From IMG/VR virus record IMGVR_UViG_3300045996_001187, positions 1 through 56,492 of that record: a DNA stretch of 56,492 bases. One strand, written 5' to 3'. The DNA is from a virus. Taxonomy: Duplodnaviria; Caudoviricetes. This document shows positions 45,982-54,875 of the stretch, in pieces. Each line of letters begins with the position of its first letter. Position 1 is the first letter of the stretch. A program made the translations under genes and the position numbers. A model generated the notes under the pieces. That model worked only from the letters and a program-made list of their open reading frames with translations, did not search any database and was not told where the DNA came from.

Positions 45982-46457
45982 GGGGAGACCTCAGGCAAAT
46001 TCAGCGACTTGCGCGCGAACTCCTCGCAGTGCTTCATAGCCGCCGCCCGGTCGGAGTACTTCCCATAGGCGTTGTGGTTCTGACAAACACCGTTTTGAAT
46101 GTATTTACCAGTCCACCTAAAATACCCCTGATGCTCCGTAACCGCTCCCACCTCGCGCGCCTTCTCCGGTTCGTCAGGGTTGCCGTAGAGGAGGGTGTTG
46201 TGGTGCCAGAACAGTTGTAAGGTGTCGCGGTCGTACCATTGTTGGATGGTGTTGGTGGCGGAGAGGACTTCGGCCCAACCGCTCGCATTTAGCCAAAGTG
46301 ACTTGCTGCAAAACGCCTCGCATGTCCATGCTCTGAACGTTTCATGGTCGTGTAGTAAATGGTCGAGATTATATTCACTATCTCCGACATATTTTCGGAC
46401 AAGCATCTCCGCCGCCTCTCTCACCTCTTCCGGCACCGTTGTCATTGTTTCGCTCAT
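45978..46457 (-). CDS. Hypothetical protein
   Basis: ATGA coupling; GAGGTG SD. Confidence 0.6.
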   Translation of the reverse strand: MSETMTTVPEEVREAAEMLVRKYVGDSEYNLDHLLHDHETFRAWTCEAFCSKSLWLNASGWAEVLSATNTIQQWYDRDTLQLFWHHNTLLYGNPDEPEKAREVGAVTEHQGYFRWTGKYIQNGVCQNHNAYGKYSDRAAAMKHCEEFARKSLNLPEVSP

Positions 46458-46840
46458 GGTTGCACCTCGTCAGTGTGTTGCTCGATGAAATAGTCGATGT
46501 AGGAGGCGACTATGTTGGCGCGTTCTTGGGGCGTCTTGGCATTCCAGTAGTTGGTTCGATACGGCTCATCCCATGCACCCACAACGAGCAGTTCTGCCCA
46601 TAGATAGTCATGGTCTGTGCCGGTCAGTTCTGCGGCCTGCGAAATCTCCCAGCCATCCTCAGTGACTTCGCCACTTGCCGTAAGCACCGCGCGCGCGATG
46701 TCATCTTCATCGCACAGTCCCGGCTTCGCCCTTATCACATCCCGAACCTTGCGCAACAATTCAACATTCAGGCGCGGCTTCTCGCTCGGCACCGGGTCCA
46801 CGGTCAGGGTGATGTCGGTGTTTGGGGTGGGGTGGGTCAT
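46454..46840 (-). CDS. Hypothetical protein
   Basis: ATGA coupling; GAGGTG SD. Confidence 0.6.
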   Translation of the reverse strand: MTHPTPNTDITLTVDPVPSEKPRLNVELLRKVRDVIRAKPGLCDEDDIARAVLTASGEVTEDGWEISQAAELTGTDHDYLWAELLVVGAWDEPYRTNYWNAKTPQERANIVASYIDYFIEQHTDEVQP

Positions 46841-47184
46841 GGGGACACCTCGAAAATATCCGCAGCGTCTTCCTGCGCTGCTCTGTCTAAGCAGATTTCG
46901 CACGTGTCATTGCACATCTCGCAGGAGCACTTACCATGCTCGCACCGCGCGTTCTCGACCTTTAAACCCGCGAACGGATTGGCTCCGTCGCTGCGCTGCT
47001 GCTCGACCCATTTAGCCATGTGCCGATGATTTATGGCCGCTACCTTTGCCGCCTGTTTATTCGGCGCCTCGACGGAACAGACGGCGCAAAAGTACTCTTT
47101 TGGCCCCTGCCCATAATCGAGCACCGGCACGGTTTCAGACATTTCGGGACTTGTCACCCAGTAGTGATTCAGGGTTTGGGTCAT
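46837..47184 (-). CDS. Cys-rich hypothetical protein flanked by 13-bp direct repeats
   Basis: TGGGTCATGGGGA at 46833-46845 and 47177-47189. Confidence 0.6.
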   Translation of the reverse strand: MTQTLNHYWVTSPEMSETVPVLDYGQGPKEYFCAVCSVEAPNKQAAKVAAINHRHMAKWVEQQRSDGANPFAGLKVENARCEHGKCSCEMCNDTCEICLDRAAQEDAADIFEVSP

Positions 47185-47735
47185 GGGGATGTCACCGCCT
47201 CAGTGTCGAAGATGCCAGCCGGGAACTCCGACGCAGGAACATTAAAGAATCCTTGAGAGCCTTTCCACGGCAACGGCTCAGGTAATGCCACAATGTCCTC
47301 AAGAATCCATCCGAAGCGTCCCGGTAAATAATTCCCAAAGTCGCGCTCCCGCCATGAGTCCAACGTATCGTTCAGATTAAGCGCGCCTTCACGATACCGC
47401 CGAGTGTCAAGCTCACCAACAGTAAATGATTCAGTGGGTCGGCAATCGACCAGATTTGCTACGGCGATAATCGCACCGAACGGCAGCACATCCGCCAAAA
47501 ACTGCCTGTCCGCCATTTTCTTGATTGGATGCAACCCAGCGCAGAAATTCCAGCAGCACCCATAATGGATTAGCTCGCTCTGATTCTTCCGCTTTGCTGC
47601 GTGAATCGCTATCGGTCCTCTATGGTTCGTCGGCCAGTGCCGGGTTTCAATTCGTTTTGAGCCAAGAGCCACCAGTGTTGCCCACGGCTGCCATAAGCTT
47701 ATTGTTCTGACCATTCCGTCATCAGGTATTCTCAT
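47181..47735 (-). CDS. ASCH domain protein
   Basis: SLWQPWA..V..GSK.IETR.W...RGPIAIHA. Confidence 0.9.
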   Translation of the reverse strand: MRIPDDGMVRTISLWQPWATLVALGSKRIETRHWPTNHRGPIAIHAAKRKNQSELIHYGCCWNFCAGLHPIKKMADRQFLADVLPFGAIIAVANLVDCRPTESFTVGELDTRRYREGALNLNDTLDSWRERDFGNYLPGRFGWILEDIVALPEPLPWKGSQGFFNVPASEFPAGIFDTEAVTSP

Positions 47736-48088
47736 CGCCTTCTCTCCCTCTCATCCAATTTCACGCCCCTGCTCCCAAACCAACAAAGTTCTATCTTCTT
47801 GCCGTCAATGAAATAAATTCAAAAGCCATTAGGCTATCACTCTCCCAGTTCCCGAAGTCCATAACGCCTTGACAGATTTCCTCTATCTAGCATCTGAGTT
47901 TTTTCTCCAAAGCATGAGCCGTATGGTCTACGCCGTACTGGCCACGCCGTTTATTCCGTTTCCTCATCGTTGGTGCCTCTCTGCATCGTCTGCGATTCTT
48001 GGTGCGTGGTTCGTGTGTGTGGGTCGTTACCTTCTGGTTGTCATTTTCATGGTATCGCTACTTGCTCACCTCCTTAAGGTGCGACTGA

Positions 48089-48841
48089 TTACACGGACGG
48101 TGACTTATAAACATCAATCATCGCATCAAGTAATTGGAAGGCAGATGCCTGTAAATCCGTGACAGTGGGCTGTAGAGCTTCAACTGCTGCCGACCATGCT
48201 GCCGACCTTGCTGCCGACTCTGCTGCCGACCTTGCTGCCGACTCTGCTGCCGACTCTGCTGCCGACCTTGCTGCCGACCTTGCTGCCGACCATGCTGCCG
48301 ACCTTGCTGCCGACTCTGCTGCCGACTCTGCTGCCGACCTTGCTGCCGACCCTGCTGCCGACCTTGCTGCCGACCTTGCTGCCGACCATGCTGCCGACCT
48401 TGCTGCCGACCTTGCTGCCTCTAAAGCGGACTGTCCAGCTTTAGCACTCATGTCATCTAAAATAGGTGCAAGGTCGAGCAGCTTATCGGCGTGCTCTTGC
48501 AGTTCGGCGGCCCGTAGCCATGCCGGGGCGCATACGCGGGCCAGCCAGTCGGTTGCCATCCATGCGCGCCTTTCCTCGGCCTCATCACTACCGGCAGTAT
48601 TAAGAACCTTCTCGGCATAAGGCTTTAGTTTTTGCCGGGTTTCGTCGTCCAGCGAGTCGTTCCAATTGCGCATGAAAGCCGCAATTACTGACGATACGCA
48701 CTGAGGGCTATCGGACCACGGCTCACGTGCCAAGTAGCTGCTGAGTTCCATCACGCAAGCAGCGCCGCTATCAGGGCTATGCCCACCGCTACCCAGTCTC
48801 AAGCTTTCAATGTCAAGTGTTGTATTCATAATCTTCTCCAT
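48089..48841 (-). CDS. Phage protein with (XSAA)19 tetrapeptide repeats
   Basis: ACVME...EPWSDSP.CV N-terminal domain plus repeat tract. Confidence 0.8.
   Translation of the reverse strand: MEKIMNTTLDIESLRLGSGGHSPDSGAACVMELSSYLAREPWSDSPQCVSSVIAAFMRNWNDSLDDETRQKLKPYAEKVLNTAGSDEAEERRAWMATDWLARVCAPAWLRAAELQEHADKLLDLAPILDDMSAKAGQSALEAARSAARSAAWSAARSAARSAAGSAARSAAESAAESAARSAAWSAARSAARSAAESAAESAARSAAESAARSAAWSAAVEALQPTVTDLQASAFQLLDAMIDVYKSPSV
48185..48419. repeat. 19 tandem 12-bp coding repeats TGCTGCCGACNN
   Basis: Directly visible. Confidence 0.95.
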
Positions 48842-48883
48842 TTTTCATCCGCCACCCATCGCCGGGCGTGGGGGATAGGGGCG

Positions 48884-49126
48884 TTACTTGCAGCATTTCT
48901 CCACTAGGTCGTCCATAGAGACAACAAAGCTGTCTTTCTGCAACTCGACCTCAAGGGCATTCATTAAGTCCATAAATTCTCCGTAGTGAATGTCGCTGAC
49001 CAATGCAACACTCGCGCTATCGGCAGTGCAAGCTCGCAAGGCGTAAGGGTCGGACATTTGGTCGAATGTAAAAGCGCATATTTGAGACACCTGCACTAGA
49101 TTGCCGTCGACTGTTCTAATCCACAT
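48884..49126 (-). CDS. Hypothetical protein
   Basis: AGGAG SD; MWIRTVDGNLV. Confidence 0.6.
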   Translation of the reverse strand: MWIRTVDGNLVQVSQICAFTFDQMSDPYALRACTADSASVALVSDIHYGEFMDLMNALEVELQKDSFVVSMDDLVEKCCK

Positions 49127-49134
49127 GGTTGCTC

Positions 49135-49980
49135 CTAAGCTGCCCTCTCACACACTTCGCTCGAAAATGCGGAGAAGTCGTATTCGTTGTAATCTTCGTC
49201 CTCACCAGCACGCGGCGCGTCCATAAATTCCTCCGCGAACTGCTGGGCGGTCCAGGTGGCATCCGTCAGGATTTCCCACTCGCCGCCGATGTCACCGCGC
49301 CTCATCGCATCAGACACGCTGATAAGTTCTTCGGCGGTCATGTCGGACGCAGAGGAGACATAGTGGCCGATCCAGCCAATGAGGCAAGTGATTCGCTTTT
49401 TCCGCCGCGCCTTATCTTCCTTCTCCAGCCCAAGTAACCGCGCCTCAGACCAAAACCTGCGAAGAGCATTCTTATGGGTCGTTGGGTCAATCTGATACAC
49501 GTTGGATTGAGATTCTCGAACCATCGGCAACGCCTGACTCTCCGGCACTTCGAGCGGCAACGTGTCCTGCTCGTCAGGCCGCAGATCCTGGACAGCTTCT
49601 GCGGCAATCAACGGGGCACCCTGAGACGCAATTAAATTGAGTCTTCTTTGGACTGCCCCAATCATATCGAGTCGCGTCACAGCAATATCGAGCGCGACTT
49701 GGTTGTCGGCCCGTGAATACCAATATTGCCAGTTGTCTTCGGCGTCCCGGTATGCAACGCGGGTTTTAACGATGGCTTCTTCGAGGGTGCAGTCGGTGAG
49801 CGCCTTGACGGTTGCGAGGGCTTCATCGAGTTCGGCAACTGGTCTGCCTGCGATGTTCTCGGGTGTGGGGCCAGCGGGGATGCTGGCTGAGGGTCTTCTG
49901 CGGGGCAGAGTAGGGGAGTCTGATTTCATGGTGCGTTTCCTTCGGGTTGGGTAAAATTGTGTCGGTGCCCTTTCGGGCAA
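49135..49980 (-). CDS. Hypothetical early protein (likely start at MKSD, 49929)
   Basis: AAGGA SD; second gene of the early operon. Confidence 0.6.
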   Translation of the reverse strand: MPERAPTQFYPTRRKRTMKSDSPTLPRRRPSASIPAGPTPENIAGRPVAELDEALATVKALTDCTLEEAIVKTRVAYRDAEDNWQYWYSRADNQVALDIAVTRLDMIGAVQRRLNLIASQGAPLIAAEAVQDLRPDEQDTLPLEVPESQALPMVRESQSNVYQIDPTTHKNALRRFWSEARLLGLEKEDKARRKKRITCLIGWIGHYVSSASDMTAEELISVSDAMRRGDIGGEWEILTDATWTAQQFAEEFMDAPRAGEDEDYNEYDFSAFSSEVCERAA

Positions 49981-50001
49981 GGTCGTCTAGTTTTCTGAGA
50001 A

Positions 50002-50214
50002 CTAGGCGGCCTTTTCTTTCTCTGCGGTAGCGATTTGCTCTTGGCTTTTTAGAAATTCGTCTATCGCACTCTGACGAAGCAATATATTTCTCCCGCGTCT
50101 TATGTGGCTGATCTTGCCATCGTTCACAAGCCTGTAGACAGATGCAACGTTCGTGTATCTCAATCTATCTTTAGCCTCTTCCGGGGTTAGCAATGCTTCG
50201 TTGGCGTTGCTCAT
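50002..50214 (-). CDS. Excisionase-type HTH protein in the Cro position
   Basis: LLTPEEAKDRL...VYRLVNDGKI...GRNILL; GGAGGG SD. Confidence 0.8.
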   Translation of the reverse strand: MSNANEALLTPEEAKDRLRYTNVASVYRLVNDGKISHIRRGRNILLRQSAIDEFLKSQEQIATAEKEKAA

Positions 50215-50286
50215 AATCTTCCCTCCATTACGTAATGAACGCCCTATAACCTGTAATAGGCCTCTTATTAGGGTGCTATGTGAATA

Positions 50287-50328
50287 ATATACAGTTATAT
50301 AATTCACTAGTCAAGGGGAATTATATAA
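50287..50328 (-). promoter_or_regulatory. Early lytic promoter TTGACT-17-TATATT with an inverted repeat operator candidate
   Basis: TTATATAATTC (50295-50305) / GAATTATATAA (50318-50328) flank the -35. Confidence 0.65.
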
Positions 50329-50384
50329 AATAGTATAGAATCTAGTAGAATAATGTTAAGTCAGCACCAAGAACAGTTTACACG

Positions 50385-51005
50385 GTGCTAAGAACAGGTG
50401 AAAAAGTGGCACGTGCGGGACGCCCCTCGACAGGGCGGGAAACTAAAACTCAGCGGTTTACCTCTTACTTCAAGCCCTCTCTGATGTCTCGTATGGAGGA
50501 GTTGGCGGCTGAAGAATACAGCAGCGTGAATGCTGTGCTGGAGAGGGCGGTTGAGCGGCTTTTGGAGTATGGCGAAGCCAGGCCGCTAACAGTCAAGCTC
50601 TACCACACCGCCCCTTGCGGAGAATGGCAGGATGCCAACGACGCCGACGCCACAGACTTCGAGCTGTCACCTGATCTCGTGAACCTCTGGGGCGTGCATC
50701 CGACCGACCATCTCATTCACACGCGCGGAGCCAGTATGTGCGAAGAGGGGATACCGGACGAGGCCATATTACACATCCGGCCCTTCGGTTTTCGCGCCCC
50801 GCGTAGCGGCCAAATCTGCGTCGTGACCGCCGTAAACAGGGAAACCAACGAATCCTGGGGCACAGTCAAGAAATGGATGCACGACGGGCAGAAGGCGGTC
50901 CTGAAGGACGGCAAGGGCGATACCCTCGAAATGCCCGAAGGGGCCAACGAAGTGCACGCGGTCGGATATTGGACAGGTAATGTGATTGGGGTTTCGAGCG
51001 GCTGA
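50385..51005 (+). CDS. CI-like repressor: RHH-like N-domain plus LexA/S24 autopeptidase domain
   Basis: FTSYF...ELAAEEYSSVNAVLERAV; APCG cleavage-type site; RGASM Ser and TVKK Lys. Confidence 0.75.
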   Translation: MLRTGEKVARAGRPSTGRETKTQRFTSYFKPSLMSRMEELAAEEYSSVNAVLERAVERLLEYGEARPLTVKLYHTAPCGEWQDANDADATDFELSPDLVNLWGVHPTDHLIHTRGASMCEEGIPDEAILHIRPFGFRAPRSGQICVVTAVNRETNESWGTVKKWMHDGQKAVLKDGKGDTLEMPEGANEVHAVGYWTGNVIGVSSG

Positions 51006-51056
51006 AAATCTTTGTCAAGTTTCGTTGCTAATGTAGAGTAGGGGATAAGCCCGTCA

Positions 51057-51683
51057 ATGATCATTTCTGTAATCAACCAAAAGGGTGGGGTCGGTAAGAG
51101 CACGGCGCTCATCAATCTAGCAGCAGCTTTGCGCGAGTCGGGCCATAAGGTCGCGGTCATCGATACCGACGACCAGGAGACCGCCTACGGCTACAGGGCC
51201 GCCGTCAAGGGCGTTAAATTCTCCCTGGCGACCCTAGTCAACCTGGCCGAGGTACTAGGTAAGCAAAAGGCCGATTTCGTCCTGGTGGACAGCCCGCGCA
51301 GCCTGAACGACGACGAAGCCGCCATCATCCTAAAACTTGTCGACCTCGCCATAATTGCCACCGAAAACGAAATCGACTCCTATGTGGCTTTGCTCCGCAC
51401 GGTGCAGGTGGCGAAACAGATACAGGCAGACGGACGGCCCGATTTACAGTATCGGGTGTTGCTCAGCAAAAACTCAGGCGCGGACCATCGCAAAGAGATT
51501 AGGGCCGATATTAAAAACAACTGCGGGCCACAGATGCTCAAGGCCGCACTACCCAATAGCACCGTGTTTGGCCGTGCGGCCTTTCATGGTGAAACTGTGC
51601 TCGACCATGCGCCGGACTCAACCGCGGCCAAGGCGTGCCGCAAGCTGGCCGTAGAAGTGGAGAAGATGAAAAATGGCGCTTAG
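51057..51683 (+). CDS. parA: ParA family partition ATPase (short type Ib-like)
   Basis: NQKGGVGKS, IDTDDQ and VDSP. Confidence 0.93.
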   Translation: MIISVINQKGGVGKSTALINLAAALRESGHKVAVIDTDDQETAYGYRAAVKGVKFSLATLVNLAEVLGKQKADFVLVDSPRSLNDDEAAIILKLVDLAIIATENEIDSYVALLRTVQVAKQIQADGRPDLQYRVLLSKNSGADHRKEIRADIKNNCGPQMLKAALPNSTVFGRAAFHGETVLDHAPDSTAAKACRKLAVEVEKMKNGA

Positions 51684-52803
51684 TGCAACACAGATCGCGC
51701 AGCAGCGGGTGGGCAGGGCAGGGACGCCCAAAGCCGACGCCGTGAAGGTGAATCCGAACTCTCGCATCGTGCACCGTGACCGGCTGCACTTCATGCCGGG
51801 ACAGCCACGCACTTACTTTGACCCCAAAAAGGGCGAAGAGTTGCGCGCGTCCCTGAAAGCCAAGGGTCAGCTGCAGGCGCTCATCGTGCGGCCATGGAAG
51901 GACCATACCGGCCACGTAGCCGAAGGTCACTATGAAGTGGTGGGCGGCGAGCGGCGCGTCCGCTATTCGGAGCCGGCGCGCGACTGGAAGGGGCTGTCAG
52001 AGTTCATCGTTGAAGTGCGCCAGATGTCGGATGTCGAGGCGTTCCTCGCGTCCCTCGCCGAAAACCTCGACCGGCACGATCTCACCACCTACGACGAAGT
52101 CAGGGCCGTGGCGCGTCTCAGGGACGACTTCAACATGTCAATGGCCGACATCCAGACGCAATTGCACCAGGAGCGCGGCTGGGTGCAAAACCGGTGGAAT
52201 GCTTCGAAAATGACCGAGGCACTACAGAACCATCTCAAAAAACCGGATTCACTTTCCAAGGCGCTCGAAATCGCCAAGGCACCCAATGCCAAGCTGATGG
52301 ACCAACTCACCGAAGAGTTCGACAGCCTGACGGTGCAGGACGTGAAACAGCGCATCACCGAATACAAGCTGATGCACGCGCCGCACCTGGTGAGCAAACC
52401 AAAAGAGCCCGCGCCGTCTCTCGACTTTGACGGGCAGGGGAGTGACGAGCGCATCAATGGCTATGAGCCAGCGGCCCAATATCGAGCCAGCGGCTATGAA
52501 TCCAACGCCGGCATCACGACGGGCCGCACATCCAGCCGCGACCGCTTCATTCAGTCGCCCCAGGGCAGCAAGCGGGTTTACAGTGCGCCCGAAGTGCTGC
52601 CATCGGCTCTGCCGGCCATGCTGGAACGCACCGAGGAAGGGCTACAATATTTCGCACAGCAATACGAGCGGTTATCTTCCAATGGCTCCTATGATGTGCT
52701 GACACAGAACCAGATGCTGACCAGGCTCGAAAACATCCTGCGCTATGCCGAGGCGGGTATCGAGGCTATCCACGCTGGACAGCAGGGCAGGCGGAAACGA
52801 TAG
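51673..52803 (+). CDS. parB: ParB family partition protein
   Basis: QPRT.F, GGERR and ENLDRHDL, followed by an HTH. Confidence 0.92.
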   Translation: MALSATQIAQQRVGRAGTPKADAVKVNPNSRIVHRDRLHFMPGQPRTYFDPKKGEELRASLKAKGQLQALIVRPWKDHTGHVAEGHYEVVGGERRVRYSEPARDWKGLSEFIVEVRQMSDVEAFLASLAENLDRHDLTTYDEVRAVARLRDDFNMSMADIQTQLHQERGWVQNRWNASKMTEALQNHLKKPDSLSKALEIAKAPNAKLMDQLTEEFDSLTVQDVKQRITEYKLMHAPHLVSKPKEPAPSLDFDGQGSDERINGYEPAAQYRASGYESNAGITTGRTSSRDRFIQSPQGSKRVYSAPEVLPSALPAMLERTEEGLQYFAQQYERLSSNGSYDVLTQNQMLTRLENILRYAEAGIEAIHAGQQGRRKR

Positions 52804-53179
52804 GGCAGGGGAGTGCGACCACAAAGGGGCCGGAGCCATAGGGTCGGGCAGTGCACTTGCAGGCACGGTCCCATATTTTTGACATCTCGAACAGCCATGG
52901 TGTCGGCTCGTTTTCGAGGAAGTAGTCAATGTCGATCGGTTCGCCGGTTATCGGGTGTATAAATGGGTTCAATTCGTAAATCTCCCAGAATCTGTCGCCG
53001 CCGTAAACTCCTCTCAGCATCCATCTTACCTGTCATCCTTTCGCTTTTCGGCCCCCACCGCCAAAGCGTCAAAATCGCCACATTATCGGTACGTCTGACA
53101 GGTACCTTAACAGGAAAGTTCTGCGCCGGACAAATAGAAAATTCCGAGAAATCAAAGTTTGTCACCAGCGTCAGTGAAA

Positions 53180-53300
53180 TCATACAGAGTTATACCCATA
53201 ATCCCCGGAGTTATGCACAGGCAGGGTATTTTGTTGTGCTTGAAAGGGCAGGGGAGGCGGGTAGGGTAGGGTAGGGCGACTATTCGGGATTTCCGAACAG
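53180..53300. promoter_or_regulatory. Putative plasmid origin segment: DnaA-box-like 9-mers and a G-quadruplex motif
   Basis: TTATGCACA at 53211; TTATACCCA at 53190; (GGGTA)3GGG at 53259-53276. Confidence 0.5.
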
Positions 53301-53414
53301 TTGAGTTGGTACGATTTGTTAAATCTGGTATAAGTACGGCACACAAAAAAACAACGCCGCAGCATCACTATATTTTCTTGGCGGAAAATGATGCAACGGC
53401 GTCGAAAGGTAGCC

Positions 53415-54383
53415 ATGAGTATAGAGACCGGCGCCGATGGCGTCAAGGTGGTCATTACACGAGACCACCTGTATCACCTCCTAAAGCGCCCGGTGGCGTT
53501 TTATCCCATATTCTCAGTCATTGCAGGCGGCGCCAAGGCTGGCCTTTTCCTCTCCCAGGCGTTCTACTGGGACGAGCGCACCAGCGACCCGGACGGATGG
53601 TTCTACAAGAAACAGACCGAATGGGAAGAGGAAACAACCCTCAACGAGGAAGAGCAAAAAACCGCACGGCGCCACCTCATCAAACGTAAGTTGCTGGAAG
53701 AGAAGCGGATCGGCGTTCCCGCAAAGCTCCACTACCGAATCAATAAGGAAAAAATACTCGAAGCCATAGGAGAAGCCATTGGCGCCAATGTCCTAGCCGC
53801 GCCCCAGATTCCGGGAAAGTCGGAATCTAGTTCCGGGGAAAGTCCGAACCAAGATTCCGGCAATGGCGGGAGCATGCCTCCGACTAATTCGGAATCTCTT
53901 AGTACAGAGAGTACACACGAGAGTACTTCAGAGAGCACACACACAGCCGATGCGCGTGTCGAAGATAAATCTTCCTCTCTCGAAGCCATCACAACGCAAC
54001 TTACTGCCGCCGGTCTCTCCCCAAGGGATGCCGCGCGACTGGTGGCCGAAGTCGGTGCCGACCAATGCACCCGCAACCTCAACCCGCCAGGCATCGGTGG
54101 CGCCAAGAATCGAGTCGCCTATCTAAAATCCGCGATCCGTGGCGACTATGCGGCAGGATTGACCTCTGAGTTGTCGCAGGCAGCCCAGGGCACACCTGTG
54201 GCCCCAGTGCGCGAATTATGGCAGCAGGAAGCGTGCGAGCGCGTCTATGAGTCCCTGCACCCTAATGCACAGAAGAGTGCTGACGCCAGCAGTCTGGGGC
54301 GCTATGGCTATGTGGAGCGCTTCCACGGGGAGGAATTGAAAAAGGCGGTTGCGGAGATGCGGCAGGAGGGGTTAATAACTTGA
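53415..54383 (+). CDS. Second replication initiator (phage-type wHTH), presumed plasmid-state Rep
   Basis: RPVAF...AGLFLSQ.FYW...GWFYK...EEET.L...GVPAK.HYR.N; internal repeats; downstream of parAB. Confidence 0.8.
   Translation: MSIETGADGVKVVITRDHLYHLLKRPVAFYPIFSVIAGGAKAGLFLSQAFYWDERTSDPDGWFYKKQTEWEEETTLNEEEQKTARRHLIKRKLLEEKRIGVPAKLHYRINKEKILEAIGEAIGANVLAAPQIPGKSESSSGESPNQDSGNGGSMPPTNSESLSTESTHESTSESTHTADARVEDKSSSLEAITTQLTAAGLSPRDAARLVAEVGADQCTRNLNPPGIGGAKNRVAYLKSAIRGDYAAGLTSELSQAAQGTPVAPVRELWQQEACERVYESLHPNAQKSADASSLGRYGYVERFHGEELKKAVAEMRQEGLIT
53806..53897. repeat. Four imperfect palindromic iterons (TTCCG-N7-CGGAA-like, ~23-bp period)
   Basis: e.g. AGATTCCG-GGAAAGT-CGGAATCT at 53806-53828. 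Confidence 0.65.
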
Positions 54384-54403
54384 CACATTGACAGCGAAAT
54401 ATT

Positions 54404-54431
54404 AGGTATGATAACGTGGATTATGTAAATA
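54404..54431. other. dif-like XerC/XerD recombination site
   Basis: AGGTATGATAA-CGTGGA-TTATGTAAATA fits the 11-6-11 layout with ATAA/TTAT inner ends. Confidence 0.65.
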
Positions 54432-54475
54432 AGCGCATAGAATGGCATTATTGTTGTAGGTGCCTTGCGCAGAAA

Positions 54476-54784
54476 TCACCGCGTCCCCTCGCGTCCTGAC
54501 GCGTCCCTAAACCCCACCTTCCGAAACCGCTCCACCGAATACTCCGCCTCCGTGCTGTCCATCACACACTCAACTAACCCGCCGTCCCGAGTCTCGTAGA
54601 GTCTGACCATTTCAGCGCCCAAATCGGTGTATTGCTCGTCGAGCCCATGAGCGCCGGCCACAATCTCGAAAACCGCATAAGCTACGTCCGCCAGTTTCTC
54701 TCGATTAGGGCTCAGTAGCTTCGCCGCCCGCTCCCGATAAATCCTCATGGCGTGGCGGTTTAGGGCTTGGATAAGGGCGTCCAC
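54476..54784 (-). CDS. Hypothetical protein, probably leaderless
   Basis: TAAACT 6 nt before the GTG. Confidence 0.5.
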   Translation of the reverse strand: MDALIQALNRHAMRIYRERAAKLLSPNREKLADVAYAVFEIVAGAHGLDEQYTDLGAEMVRLYETRDGGLVECVMDSTEAEYSVERFRKVGFRDASGREGTR

Positions 54785-54875
54785 GCAGGTAGTTTAGCGA
54801 GAATTGTTATGAGTTTATTTAGACCTCCAAGGCCGCCCATTCCCACGCCACGCACCCACCACCAAACTCCGCTCC

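Noticed and set aside
48185-48419. Tandem repeat as a CRISPR array
   Set aside because: 12-bp units without spacers, in frame inside a CDS; no cas genes
52766-53020. Minus-strand 84-aa ORF between parB and rep
   Set aside because: No clear SD or motif; cannot be supported as a gene
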